Part shown: positions 16,144-25,449 of the stretch, piece by piece
Position numbering within the stretch: position 1 is the first letter of the stretch
Layout: each line of letters starts with the position of its first letter
Source of the DNA: Nitrospirota bacterium
GTDB taxonomy: Bacteria; Nitrospirota; UBA9217
NCBI GenBank assembly: GCA_963790205.1
Contig: CAWBNQ010000003.1
Coordinates: forward strand, 224,001 to 288,000
DNA: 64,000 nucleotides
Direction of reading: 5' to 3'
Notes under the pieces: model-generated
What the model saw: only the letters and a program-made list of their open reading frames with translations
Database searches by the model: none
What the model was told of the DNA's origin: nothing
Translations under genes and position numbers: made by a program

Positions 16144-18543
16144 ATGTCCGATAAAAAATCACTTCAGCAGGCCATAGCACGGGAAGGAACGCTTCTTTCC
16201 AGGCTGGAAAAGGTACGAGAGCAGGCACTTTCAAGGATAAATGATCTCAAGCGCGAACTCGCATCGTTGGAAGCAACCTGCTCCGAGTCTCATGCGCCCT
16301 ATGCTGCCAGAACGTCGCAGGAAAAAGTAGGGCTGTTTCGATCGCTTTTCCGCGGCAGAGTCGATGTCTTTCCCAAGCTCTGGACCAGCCGCGCCGGGAA
16401 AAAAGGCTATTTGCCCGCCTGCACGAATGACTGGGTGTCCGGCGTGTGCGGAAAGACGCGTAAACCTCCGATCAAATGCGGCGAGTGCCCAAATCGCAAG
16501 TTCCTTCCGGTGACCGATCAGATCATCATCGACCATCTCCAGGGACGTCTTGTAATCGGCGTCTACCCCATGTTCCCCGACGATACCTGCTGTTTTTTTG
16601 CCGCCGACTTCGATAAGGATACGTGGATGGACGATGTTCGTGCTTTCCGTGAAACCTGTAAAAGCATGAGCATACCCGTGGCCGTCGAACGCTCGCGTTC
16701 CGGGAACGGCGCGCATGCATGGTTTTTCTTTACAGAACCAGTGCCGGCCGCTACAGCGCGAACGATGGGATGTTTTTTGATCACGGAAACCATGAGCCGG
16801 CGTCACCAACTCAGCATGGAATCCTATGACCGATTGTTCCCCAGCCAGGACACACTGGCCAAGGGTGGCTTCGGGAATCTGATCGCGCTGCCGTTTCAAC
16901 AGGAACCGCGACAAAAAGGCAATACCGTATTTCTCGATGAAAGCTTCACGCCTTATGAAGATCAATGGGCGTATCTTGCCTCAATTGGACGATTATCGCC
17001 GGACGTCCTCCAGCGGATCGCCACCGAGGCGATACGGCAGGGCGATGTGCTCGGGGTGCCAAGAGATTCTGCCGAAGATGGGGACGATCATTCTCCCTGG
17101 AATCGGCCAGCGTCGAAGAAAATACCGAAAAAGAAAATCAACGGGAACTTTCCATCTGAAACGCACGGAGTTATTGCTCAACGTCTCTTTATCGAGAAGA
17201 AGGATTTGCCATCGCCTTTTCTGACCCGCATCAAGCGGTTGGCCGCATTTCAGAATCCGATGTTTTACGAGAAGCAGAACTTGCGTCTCTCGACGGCTCG
17301 GATACCGCGTGTGATTTCCTGCTATGAAGAACATCCCGAACATATTGCCGTCCCAAGAGGCTGCATTGACAATCTCCGCGAGCTACTTGCGGAACACGGT
17401 GTCAAGCTTTTGCTGGATGATAAACGTGTTGCTTCCGCCCATCTCTCGTTTGCTTTTCAGGGCACACTCAGAGAACCGCAGCAGGAGGCCATCAGCGAAA
17501 TCCTTAAGTACGACAACGGCGTCCTGTCAGCGCCGCCGGGATTCGGCAAAACCGTAATCGGCGCGTATCTAACTGCCGCGCGAGGATGCAGCACACTCGT
17601 GCTTGTACACAGGAAAGAGCTCCTGGATCAGTGGATCGCACGGCTTTCGCTTTTTCTCGGGATCGATAAGAAAGAGATCGGAAAGATCGGAGCGGGTAAG
17701 AACAAGCTGAACGGAAGGTTGGATGTTGCAATGATCCAGAGCCTTGTCCGAAAGGACGCGGTCAGCGATCTGGTTGCCGGCTATGGTCAGGTGATTGTGG
17801 ATGAATGCCATCATCTCCCCGCGGTTTCCTTTGAGCGGGTATTGAACGAGGTGAAAGCGCGATATGTTGTCGGTTTGACGGCAACACCGTATCGACGGGA
17901 TGGGCACCAACCGATCATTCACATGCAGTGCGGACCAGTCCGCTATTCCATTCATCCGAAAAGCCAGGAGGCAAGAGCGCAGTTCAAACACCAGCTGATT
18001 TGCAGAACAACTGAATTTACCATGGAAAATCCTGATGCCGCAATTCAGGATATTTTCGCGAACCTCGTTAAAGATGGGCGGCGAAACGCTCTTATTCTTG
18101 CCGATGTACAGCAGGCTCTCAAGGAAGGAAGATCGCCGGTTCTCCTGACGGAGCGGAAAGAGCATTTGGACATTCTTGCGGCCGGATTGCGAAGCGACGT
18201 TAAGCACCTTATCGTTTTGAGCGGAAGACTGTCAGCCAAAGAGCGGCGTGAAACCATGGAAAGACTTGCGGCAATTCCCGACGGCGAAGTGCGGCTCATC
18301 GCGGCAACCGGCCGTTACCTTGGAGAAGGCTTCGATGATCCCCAGCTTGATACATTGATTCTTGCCATGCCGTTCTCCTGGAAGGGGACCATCGTGCAGT
18401 ATGCCGGAAGGCTCCACCGGGAGCATCCGGGTAAGCATGAAGTTCGGGTGTACGACTATATCGACGCGAATGTGCCCAAGCTGCTCAGGATGCATAAAAA
18501 GCGCTTGCGCGGATTTCGGGATATCGGGTATACGGTAGATTGA
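16144..18543 (+). CDS. AEP primase-like domain (TOTE-type) fused to an SF2 DEAD/DEAH (ResIII-like) helicase
   Basis: N-terminal Cys cluster, ADFD and ERSRSGNGAHAWFFF (AEP motifs), GFGNLIALP; C-terminal APPGFGKT, VDECHH, TAT, EGFD, QYAGRLHR. Confidence 0.85.
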   Translation: MSDKKSLQQAIAREGTLLSRLEKVREQALSRINDLKRELASLEATCSESHAPYAARTSQEKVGLFRSLFRGRVDVFPKLWTSRAGKKGYLPACTNDWVSGVCGKTRKPPIKCGECPNRKFLPVTDQIIIDHLQGRLVIGVYPMFPDDTCCFFAADFDKDTWMDDVRAFRETCKSMSIPVAVERSRSGNGAHAWFFFTEPVPAATARTMGCFLITETMSRRHQLSMESYDRLFPSQDTLAKGGFGNLIALPFQQEPRQKGNTVFLDESFTPYEDQWAYLASIGRLSPDVLQRIATEAIRQGDVLGVPRDSAEDGDDHSPWNRPASKKIPKKKINGNFPSETHGVIAQRLFIEKKDLPSPFLTRIKRLAAFQNPMFYEKQNLRLSTARIPRVISCYEEHPEHIAVPRGCIDNLRELLAEHGVKLLLDDKRVASAHLSFAFQGTLREPQQEAISEILKYDNGVLSAPPGFGKTVIGAYLTAARGCSTLVLVHRKELLDQWIARLSLFLGIDKKEIGKIGAGKNKLNGRLDVAMIQSLVRKDAVSDLVAGYGQVIVDECHHLPAVSFERVLNEVKARYVVGLTATPYRRDGHQPIIHMQCGPVRYSIHPKSQEARAQFKHQLICRTTEFTMENPDAAIQDIFANLVKDGRRNALILADVQQALKEGRSPVLLTERKEHLDILAAGLRSDVKHLIVLSGRLSAKERRETMERLAAIPDGEVRLIAATGRYLGEGFDDPQLDTLILAMPFSWKGTIVQYAGRLHREHPGKHEVRVYDYIDANVPKLLRMHKKRLRGFRDIGYTVD

Positions 18544-18567
18544 GAATATTAATAATGCACCGACGTG

Positions 18568-18663
18568 GACAATAAGGTCGTGGTCATCGATAAGGCTGTT
18601 GCGATCTACAACGACAATTGGGAAAGGCATAAGGAGCACTTGGAGAGGTATCAAGGAAAATAG
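18568..18663 (+). pseudogene. C-terminal relic of a PLD-family (Nuc-like) nuclease gene
   Basis: Frame reads DNKVVVIDKAVAIYNDNWERHKEHLERYQGK*, resembling from memory the tail of Nuc-type PLD nucleases; no start codon. Confidence 0.35.
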
Positions 18664-18691
18664 CTCCATATTCTTGTCTTTTGAAATATCC

Positions 18692-18722
18692 GCTTGTCAT
18701 CGACAAGCAGTGATGTTATTCT
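18692..18722 (+). promoter_or_regulatory. Promoter with palindromic operator upstream of the PIN gene
   Basis: Palindrome GCTTGTC-ATC-GACAAGC overlapping TTGTCA-N17-TATTCT (TG-extended). Confidence 0.55.
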
Positions 18723-18810
18723 ATATCGCATGGAGTGGATCCCATGGCGAGCATGAGAAGCCATTGATGAAGTGCAGCCCGGCGAGACAGAAAAATGGTA
18801 GAATGAAATT

Positions 18811-19284
18811 ATGAAGAAAAGAGCCATATATGTTGATACGTCTGTAATAGGTGGTTGTTGCGACCTGGAGTTTCAGGAATGGTCAAATGGCATACTAAAA
18901 GATTTTCAAGCGGGTACGTTCAAACTGCTCTTGTCGGAGCTTATTGATGCGGAAATCGAGGATGCGCCAGAGGAAGTCAAAAAGGTTTACGTGAAATTCA
19001 GGCAGTGCACTGATACGATTATTTCGCTTTCTCCTGAATCCATCGAATTAGCCGAGGCATATCTTAAGCATAGGATATTGACGCACAATTATCGTGATGA
19101 TGCCCGGCATATTGCAATCGCAACAGTCGCGGGCGCGGACTTGGTCGTCAGCTGGAATTTCAAGCATATTGTTCATTTTGAAAAGATACAGAAGTTCAAT
19201 GCCGTAAATATCGAGATGGGGCACAAACCAATATCCATCTATTCCCCACGGGAGGTAACAACCCATGTCAGTAAAAGCAGTTGA
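18811..19284 (+). CDS. PIN-domain (VapC-like) toxin
   Basis: IYVDTSVIGG...E...DARHIAIAT...VVSWNFKH PIN acidic motifs. Confidence 0.88.
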   Translation: MKKRAIYVDTSVIGGCCDLEFQEWSNGILKDFQAGTFKLLLSELIDAEIEDAPEEVKKVYVKFRQCTDTIISLSPESIELAEAYLKHRILTHNYRDDARHIAIATVAGADLVVSWNFKHIVHFEKIQKFNAVNIEMGHKPISIYSPREVTTHVSKSS

Positions 19285-19444
19285 GATGGTTCGCAAGATC
19301 AGAAATCAACATTACGAGGAAACGAAAGGTTTCTCAGTAGCGGAGCAGATAAAGTTTGTTAAGAAAAAATCCGAGAAGCTTCAGAGAAAACTCAAACCGC
19401 ATCGTTCAACTACAGACACCCGTCTTGTCGGCTCCAACCGTTAG
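19265..19444 (+). CDS. Small basic protein, probable antitoxin partner of the PIN toxin
   Basis: 59-aa ORF MSVKAVEMVRKIRNQHYEETKGFSVAEQIKFVKKKSEKLQRKL... overlapping the PIN stop; below the ORF-track cutoff. Confidence 0.65.
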   Translation: MSVKAVEMVRKIRNQHYEETKGFSVAEQIKFVKKKSEKLQRKLKPHRSTTDTRLVGSNR

Positions 19445-19614
19445 CTACGGGAAGCGCGAGACCCTATCTTTGCAGCGCTCCCCTTACCAGTGGATAGATT
19501 GAAAGCAACGGAGGAAACCATGAGCTGCGGTCCGGTGTCATACTGATGTTTCAGGGTGCGCATGCAAGTGGACCTTTCGTGGATTGTATGGCACATGATA
19601 GGAAGGTGAATTAC

Positions 19615-21213
19615 ATGGCCAATGTCAAAGGCATTATAATTTCCGCATTCGCTCTGTGTCTAACGCTATTGCTGATTCTAACAAGTGTTGCTTCCGCAGA
19701 GAACGTCACCTTCATAAAGGAATACACCTATCAGGCAAGTGATATCGACAGCAAGGTGTCGAGCCGTGCAATAGCGCTGGAGCAGGTCAAAAGAGCGCTG
19801 CTGGAACAACTCGGGACGTATCTTATCAACGAAACAGATGTTAAAAATTACCAAATAACTAAAGACCAAGTAACCATGTTGACAGCTGGTGTCGTCAGCG
19901 CTGAAATTATTGATGAGAAGTGGGATGGACGGACTTACTATCTCAAAGCGAAGATGGCCGCAGACCCGAAAGAAGTGGCTAAGTCGGTTGATGCATTGAG
20001 AAAGGATGTAGAAAAAAGCAAAGAACTCGCGGACTCAAAGAAAAGAGCTGAAGAAGCAATGAAAGAGGTTGAGCGGCTAAAGAAAGAATTGGAATTAGTT
20101 AAGACAGACACCGAGAAACAGGGCGCCTATGCAGAGGCTATAAAAGATTTAACTTCGTCAGATTGGTTTGATAGGGGCTTGGCATTTCATGATTCAAACG
20201 ACTTTAAAGATGCGATTGAAGCTTATAATAACACAATAAGAATGAGTCCTCAATATGCGATGGCCTATAACAATCGAGGCGCTGCTTATTACAAATTAGG
20301 AAACAAGCAGCAGGCGATCAAGGATTACGAAAAGGCAATTGGACTAAATCCGCAACATGCGTGGGCTTACTATAACCGAGGCATTATTTATGACGATTTA
20401 GGAAACACGCAGCAAGCTATCAAGGATTACGACAAGACAATAGAGATAGATCCTCAAATCGCGGAAGCTTATTATAATCTGGGCAATGATTATGCCGCTT
20501 TAGGCAACAAGCAACAGGCTATAAAGTATTTTGATAAAGCAATAGAGCAGAATCCTCGATTTTCGAGTGCTTATGTTAATAGAGGGATTGCTTATGGCCG
20601 TTTAGGCAATGAACAGCAGGCAATCAAGGATTTTAACAGCGCAATAGAGCTGAATCCGCAAGATGCGGGTGCATACGCTAATCGAGGGGCTGCTTATTCT
20701 TCTTTAGGCAACAATCAGCAGTCTGTCAAGGATTATGATAAAGCGATAGAGCTAAATCCTAAAAATGCGATGACTTATGTTGATCGAGGAATTGTTTACC
20801 GTAAGATAGGAAACCAGCAACAGTCAATCAAGGATTTTGACAAAGCAATAGATCTGAATCCAATATTTGCTGTGGCTTACCATAATCGAGGGCTTACTCA
20901 TGGTAAGTTCGGAAACCAGCTGCAAGAAATAAAGGATTTTGACAAAGCAATAAAACTGAATCCTCAATATGCGAAAGCTTATTATAGTCGAGGTCTTTCT
21001 TATGCCATTTTAGGTGATACGAGGCAGGCTATTAAGGATTTCGACAAAGCTATAGAACTGAACCCTCAAGACGCAATGGCTTATTACGGCCGGGGGCTTG
21101 CCTATGAAAATATGGGAAACAATAAAATGTTTATCCAGGATATTAAGATAGCTGCGAGGCTGGGTAGTGAAGGTGCTCAGAACTATTTGCGTTCGAAGGG
21201 AATTGCATATTGA
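19615..21213 (+). CDS. Exported TPR-repeat protein (~10 TPRs)
   Basis: Signal-peptide-like N-terminus, coiled coil, tandem 34-aa AYxNRG...AIKD(Y/F)DKAIELNP repeats; AT-rich. Confidence 0.9.
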   Translation: MANVKGIIISAFALCLTLLLILTSVASAENVTFIKEYTYQASDIDSKVSSRAIALEQVKRALLEQLGTYLINETDVKNYQITKDQVTMLTAGVVSAEIIDEKWDGRTYYLKAKMAADPKEVAKSVDALRKDVEKSKELADSKKRAEEAMKEVERLKKELELVKTDTEKQGAYAEAIKDLTSSDWFDRGLAFHDSNDFKDAIEAYNNTIRMSPQYAMAYNNRGAAYYKLGNKQQAIKDYEKAIGLNPQHAWAYYNRGIIYDDLGNTQQAIKDYDKTIEIDPQIAEAYYNLGNDYAALGNKQQAIKYFDKAIEQNPRFSSAYVNRGIAYGRLGNEQQAIKDFNSAIELNPQDAGAYANRGAAYSSLGNNQQSVKDYDKAIELNPKNAMTYVDRGIVYRKIGNQQQSIKDFDKAIDLNPIFAVAYHNRGLTHGKFGNQLQEIKDFDKAIKLNPQYAKAYYSRGLSYAILGDTRQAIKDFDKAIELNPQDAMAYYGRGLAYENMGNNKMFIQDIKIAARLGSEGAQNYLRSKGIAY

Positions 21214-21248
21214 GAGACGATATATATGGATTTGCGTTAATTGCAAAT

Positions 21249-21311
21249 GCCTAACAATATTACTCGGACTGATAGGCTCGCAGCTTTCCAGCGGGTTATG
21301 CTGCATTAGAT
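21249..21311 (+). repeat. Degenerate attC-like site 1
   Basis: GCCTAAC (RYYYAAC)...ACTCGGACTG...CCAGCGGGTTATGC...ATTAGAT, between two same-strand genes. Confidence 0.55.
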
Positions 21312-22068
21312 GGCAGGGATGAAGATAATACAATGGCTAAATGTGGGCGTACGCGGAAGCGCATGCTGGCCTGAACAGGAAACAAAAATTCAATTTGGCA
21401 GCTATGAGTTGGTCTTAAGACCAGCCACTAAAGACACGGAGCAATCGGTCCATATTGCGCGTCAAGAATTATCCGATGATGACGCAATGACCCTCCTTAA
21501 TCGCTTCCTGAGTGTTCTTGCTTGGTGTGATGACCAGGGCATGGAGACTCTCGACGGTTGGTCTGGTAGTCCTATTCCGGTATCAGTGCCTAGACAGACT
21601 CGGCTAATTGGCTCGTCCATTGTTTTTCCCTTTTACCGAGACATAGAAAGCGATCCAAAAGCACGACTGGCATTGGCTCTATATCGTGAAGGCAGAACGA
21701 TCAATAGTATTCCATTCGCATTTTTAAGCTACTTCAAAATCTTGAACATATTTTGGAACGACAAGTGGCAAAACCACAAAAACGAAATTATCGAGGGTCT
21801 GAGGGATGTGCTCCCAATGATAACTGATGGAGAAGCGCGCAAAAATATCGATGTCTTGAGTAAACGGAAACCCGATGTCGCCGCTTATCTCCACGAATCA
21901 GGACGATGTGCTGTGGCCCATGCATACACTAAGCCCACTAAGCCGGTCGTTGATCCCGACGAGTTTTCCGATCTGCGACGACTGTCACAGGAAATATGGA
22001 TTATCAAAGCTGTTGCTGAATTCTTGATAGAGGACAAATTGCACGTGCCCCGGAGCCTCTGTGGGTAA
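21310..22068 (+). CDS. MauJ-like / HEPN-motif protein
   Basis: LLNRFLSVLAW...ARLALALYREG...FLSYFKILNI...GRCAVAHA (Rx4H motif). Confidence 0.7.
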   Translation: MAGMKIIQWLNVGVRGSACWPEQETKIQFGSYELVLRPATKDTEQSVHIARQELSDDDAMTLLNRFLSVLAWCDDQGMETLDGWSGSPIPVSVPRQTRLIGSSIVFPFYRDIESDPKARLALALYREGRTINSIPFAFLSYFKILNIFWNDKWQNHKNEIIEGLRDVLPMITDGEARKNIDVLSKRKPDVAAYLHESGRCAVAHAYTKPTKPVVDPDEFSDLRRLSQEIWIIKAVAEFLIEDKLHVPRSLCG

Positions 22069-22090
22069 ACGGGAAGCATGAAAAGAACGA

Positions 22091-22143
22091 CAAGCATGGC
22101 AGTCGAGCGGACTGCCGATTAGTTTTTCAGCAGGTTGTTATGC
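22091..22143 (+). repeat. Degenerate attC-like site 2
   Basis: CATGGCAGTCGAGCGGACTGCCG left half, and GTTATGC core just upstream of the next gene's SD. Confidence 0.5.
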
Positions 22144-22174
22144 GTAATAATCATTTGGCTTCAAAGGAGCGCAA

Positions 22175-22690
22175 TTGAACTGGTTCAAAAAATTATTTTC
22201 TGCAAACAAGGCAGCGAGTATAGAAACTGATCTTGTGTTCAAGAGCAGCAAGGATGCTTTTGAGTTCTCGTGCAAATTTATGGATTGCACACTTGGAGAA
22301 AAGAAAAGTGTTCCTGCATTAGTTGTCGACGCAAGGGAGCTTGCACCCAATATAGGGTCGGCTGTAAAGACCGAGGCAGATAAGTCGCAAATAGCAATGA
22401 TCCGTGTGGCATCAAGAACTGACGGATTTGTCATTCCGGCAAGGACTGCCGGTGCACAGTCAGCTATTCGTCCAGACTTGGCCCTACAAAGAAGGTATGC
22501 TCACGGCCACCCAGATTTAAAGCCTGGAGATCTCGTAACATTTACGGCGATGATATATAAAAGCGAAATGGTCAAAGCATTTGGAGATAAGGACGCAGGT
22601 TGGGTAGGCTTAATAACATCGAAACTTGAGCCAAAACTGAACATTCAAAATGGTCCCTCATGGCAAATTGAGGAACAATTCCACGATTAG
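22175..22690 (+). CDS. Hypothetical protein (cassette-like)
   Basis: 171-aa ORF, TTG start with SD AAAGGAG; followed by GCCCAAC at 22726-22732. Confidence 0.75.
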   Translation: MNWFKKLFSANKAASIETDLVFKSSKDAFEFSCKFMDCTLGEKKSVPALVVDARELAPNIGSAVKTEADKSQIAMIRVASRTDGFVIPARTAGAQSAIRPDLALQRRYAHGHPDLKPGDLVTFTAMIYKSEMVKAFGDKDAGWVGLITSKLEPKLNIQNGPSWQIEEQFHD

Positions 22691-22739
22691 AATAGAGTTG
22701 GTGAGTTGGTCAAAAAGGCAACTTTGCCCAACATTATTC

Positions 22740-22767
22740 GATAACGATAAGATAAGTTAACGTAAAT
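22740..22767. other. dif-like 11-6-11 tyrosine recombinase site
   Basis: GATAACGATAA-GATAAG-TTAACGTAAAT; arms are imperfect inverted repeats, and the right arm matches the E. coli XerD arm TTATGTTAAAT at 8/11. Confidence 0.45.
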
Positions 22768-23191
22768 ACTGCTCACTACACCCTCTCTCATAGCACTCCG
22801 CTTCGCTCTGCTTTCTTACGGTAAGAACCCCGCTCCGCTCAAACGCGCACTGCGCCAAGAACCGGCGCAGAGCGCACCGCGCTCCGCACAAGGGGTCTCG
22901 GCTCCGTCACCACGGCTTCTCCACTTCGCTCCGCTTGGGCTCCGCGCACTCAGCTCCATGCGCCGTTCTGCCGGGGCCTCGCATTGAAGAGTGATAACAC
23001 CCGCTCCGCGTTAACCCGGCCTTCGACACAAGTCGGCGAAGACCACACGCTTCGCGCCGTTGCCGATAATCCACAGCAAGGCAGGGGAGCGCCTTCCTGC
23101 GGCTGACCGTCTTCTCCATCGCGCTCAAGCCATGGCGCTCTGCGGGCCTCGACTAAATAGGTATTTTTCACGCAGCGTATATGAGAAAAAA

Positions 23192-24205
23192 TCACAGCGG
23201 CATGCTGGGCCGGGGGTTCAGGTCGAGGCTGGAGGTCTCGCCCTGTTTAAAATGGAGATACCCGGTGAGGGCGATCATGGCCGCGTTGTCGATGCAGTAA
23301 AACATGCCGGGCAGATAGAGCTTCATGCCTCGTTTTGCCCCCTCTTCGTTCATCCGCTTCCTCAAAGAACTGTTTGCCGCCACGCCTCCGGCAACGACGA
23401 TCCGGCGCACGTCGTTTTCAACCGCCGCCCGAATGGTCTTCTCCACGAGCGTATCCACGACCGCCGCCTGAAAGCTCGCGGCCACGTCCCTGACGTTCAA
23501 CTTCGAGTCGATCCCCCTGTCCTTGCTTTTGAAGAGCGCGATATGGTTTCTGACCGCGGTCTTGAGCCCGCTGAAGCTGAAATCGTATCCTTCGCGCGGG
23601 CCGCGGGGGAATTTCACCGCGTCGGGATTGCCCTCCTGAGCGAGCCGGTCGAGTACCGGGCCGCCGGGGTAATCCAGATCGAGCAGCTTTGCGACCTTGT
23701 CGTATGCTTCGCCCGCCGCATCGTCCCGGGTCTGACCGAGCATCCGGTAGTCTCCGAGTCCCTTCACGTGGTAGAGCGCCGTGTGCCCGCCGGAGACCAG
23801 TAATGCGAGGTACGGGTAGCCGATGTCGGGATATTCGATATGCGCGGCCAGGATGTGCCCCTCGCCGTGGTGCACGCCGATGAAGGGGACGCCCTGTGCG
23901 TAGGCGATGGCCTTGGCAGCGGATACGCCCACGAGCAATGCGCCGATCAAACCCGGCGTATACGTGACGGCCACGAGGTTGATGTCCTTGAGGGATACCG
24001 ACGCGGCCGCAAGCGCCTCGCGGATGATCGGCACCAGGTTTTTGAGATGTTCCCGGGACGCGAGCTCGGGCACAACGCCGCCGTATTTTTTATGAATGTC
24101 GATCTGCGAGGAGACGATGCTGGACAGGACGCTCTCGCCGCGGAGCACGGCAGCCGCGGTTTCATCGCACGAGGTTTCTATTCCAAGAGTAAGCATGGGT
24201 TTCAT
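23192..24205 (-). CDS. tsaD: tRNA t6A threonylcarbamoyltransferase TsaD
   Basis: LGIETSCDET, GGVVPELASREH, HHGEGH, VSGGHT, DDAAGEAYDK, FSFSGLKT, DNAAMI; start may be 24196. Confidence 0.97.
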   Translation of the reverse strand: MKPMLTLGIETSCDETAAAVLRGESVLSSIVSSQIDIHKKYGGVVPELASREHLKNLVPIIREALAAASVSLKDINLVAVTYTPGLIGALLVGVSAAKAIAYAQGVPFIGVHHGEGHILAAHIEYPDIGYPYLALLVSGGHTALYHVKGLGDYRMLGQTRDDAAGEAYDKVAKLLDLDYPGGPVLDRLAQEGNPDAVKFPRGPREGYDFSFSGLKTAVRNHIALFKSKDRGIDSKLNVRDVAASFQAAVVDTLVEKTIRAAVENDVRRIVVAGGVAANSSLRKRMNEEGAKRGMKLYLPGMFYCIDNAAMIALTGYLHFKQGETSSLDLNPRPSMPL

Positions 24206-24313
24206 TGAAGGAACATGACAGATGAAGGGACGATGGGGAGACGCGGAGACGGGGAGATTGAAATGATTTGATGGACCTGCCCGTCGTCCTTTCACCCTTC
24301 GCCGCGCCGTTTG

Positions 24314-25276
24314 CTACTGCATCAACCTCGACACCGGCACGATAGTAATTCCCTGCCGGTCGGCATCAACGAGCCATTTCCGGAGCGCGCTGATCGTGGC
24401 CGGATGCGGGTGCCCGATACCGATGGCACGGCCGCGCTCTTTCGCGATATGCGCAAGCTCTTCCAGCTGTTTGCCGATATAGCCGGCATTGTCGCTTTCG
24501 TTGTCCAGGAACACATCGCGTTTTGCCGCTTTGAGGCCGAACTCTTTCGCCGTGGCATAGGCCACGCTTTTCGGGTTCGTGAGGCTGTCGAGGAAGAGGA
24601 GGTTTCTGGCCTTGAGCTCGGCCATCAGAAATTTCATCGCTTCCCTGTTCTCGGTGAGCGCCGAGCCTTCATGGTTGTTGACGCCCACGGCCCCGGGGAC
24701 GGAAGCGACATCGTCGCTGAGCGTGCTCAAAAAGTCCAGGGGAGTCATGTCCGAGCGCAGGGTGCCGGGAGACGACCTCATGTTCCTGTCTTTCGGCTCC
24801 ATGGGAAGGTGGAGCAGGACCTCCCGCTTGTTCTGCAAGGCCAGCTCCGCCACTTTCCTTGACTGCGCCAGTCCGGGCATGACTGCACAGGTGATCTTGC
24901 CGGGAAGGGACATGATATCGCGGGCAGGCGCCAGGTCCTGCCCCAGGTCGTCGATTACGATGGCGACGAGGACCGTTTTCTCCGGACGGACGCCCCCCAG
25001 CAACTCCGGCCCCATTGCGGGCTTCTGCGGTAGCTTTTTACTCACGCGTGCAGAAGGCTTTTTTGGCGCCGGTTTCTCGTGGGTCGCCTGCTCCTGCTGC
25101 ACGGTCTGCTGGGGAGCCGGCTTCTTTCCCCCCGGGGAACGAAATTTGCGCAGCGGGCCCCACAGGATCAGCGCGATTGCGACAACGACGACGATGATGC
25201 CGACGGCGACCGTGCGGTCGTAGCGGCTGCCCTTGCGCCTTGATCTTCCTTTTGCCGGGAGTTGTTTTTTTGCCAT
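24314..25276 (-). CDS. Divergent polysaccharide deacetylase (YibQ family), membrane anchored
   Basis: AIVIDDLG, LLHLPMEP, GVNNHEGS, FLDSLT, RDVFLDN, AIGIGHP. Confidence 0.92.
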   Translation of the reverse strand: MAKKQLPAKGRSRRKGSRYDRTVAVGIIVVVVAIALILWGPLRKFRSPGGKKPAPQQTVQQEQATHEKPAPKKPSARVSKKLPQKPAMGPELLGGVRPEKTVLVAIVIDDLGQDLAPARDIMSLPGKITCAVMPGLAQSRKVAELALQNKREVLLHLPMEPKDRNMRSSPGTLRSDMTPLDFLSTLSDDVASVPGAVGVNNHEGSALTENREAMKFLMAELKARNLLFLDSLTNPKSVAYATAKEFGLKAAKRDVFLDNESDNAGYIGKQLEELAHIAKERGRAIGIGHPHPATISALRKWLVDADRQGITIVPVSRLMQ

Positions 25277-25449
25277 GGCAAGCCTTTTATACAGTATTAC
25301 GATAAAAAAAACCAGAGAATTTTTGGACGGAAGCAGCGCGTTCGTCAAGAAGCACGCCGTTTTTTGGCTTGACTTAGATCGGAGCGGCTTTTATACTGTT
25401 TGACACGCACCGGTATGTGCATGGATGAGGTAGAGGAGGTTTTGCCAGC

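Noticed and set aside
20160..21130. Regular ~102-nt repeats as a CRISPR array
   Set aside because: They are in-frame TPR codons with synonymous variation; no constant repeat/unique spacer pattern and no cas genes.
22740..22767. The chromosomal dif site
   Set aside because: The arms diverge from canonical dif and genome position or skew cannot be judged from this window; kept only as dif-like.
22907..23195. Small minus-strand ORFs in the hairpin-rich tract
   Set aside because: No SD or recognisable motifs; better explained as non-coding structured DNA.
24225..24260. GGAGAC(G) short repeats upstream of tsaD, and 9-nt TTTAA(A/G)C repeats near 26920-26950
   Set aside because: Short low-copy simple repeats; no evidence for function from this window.
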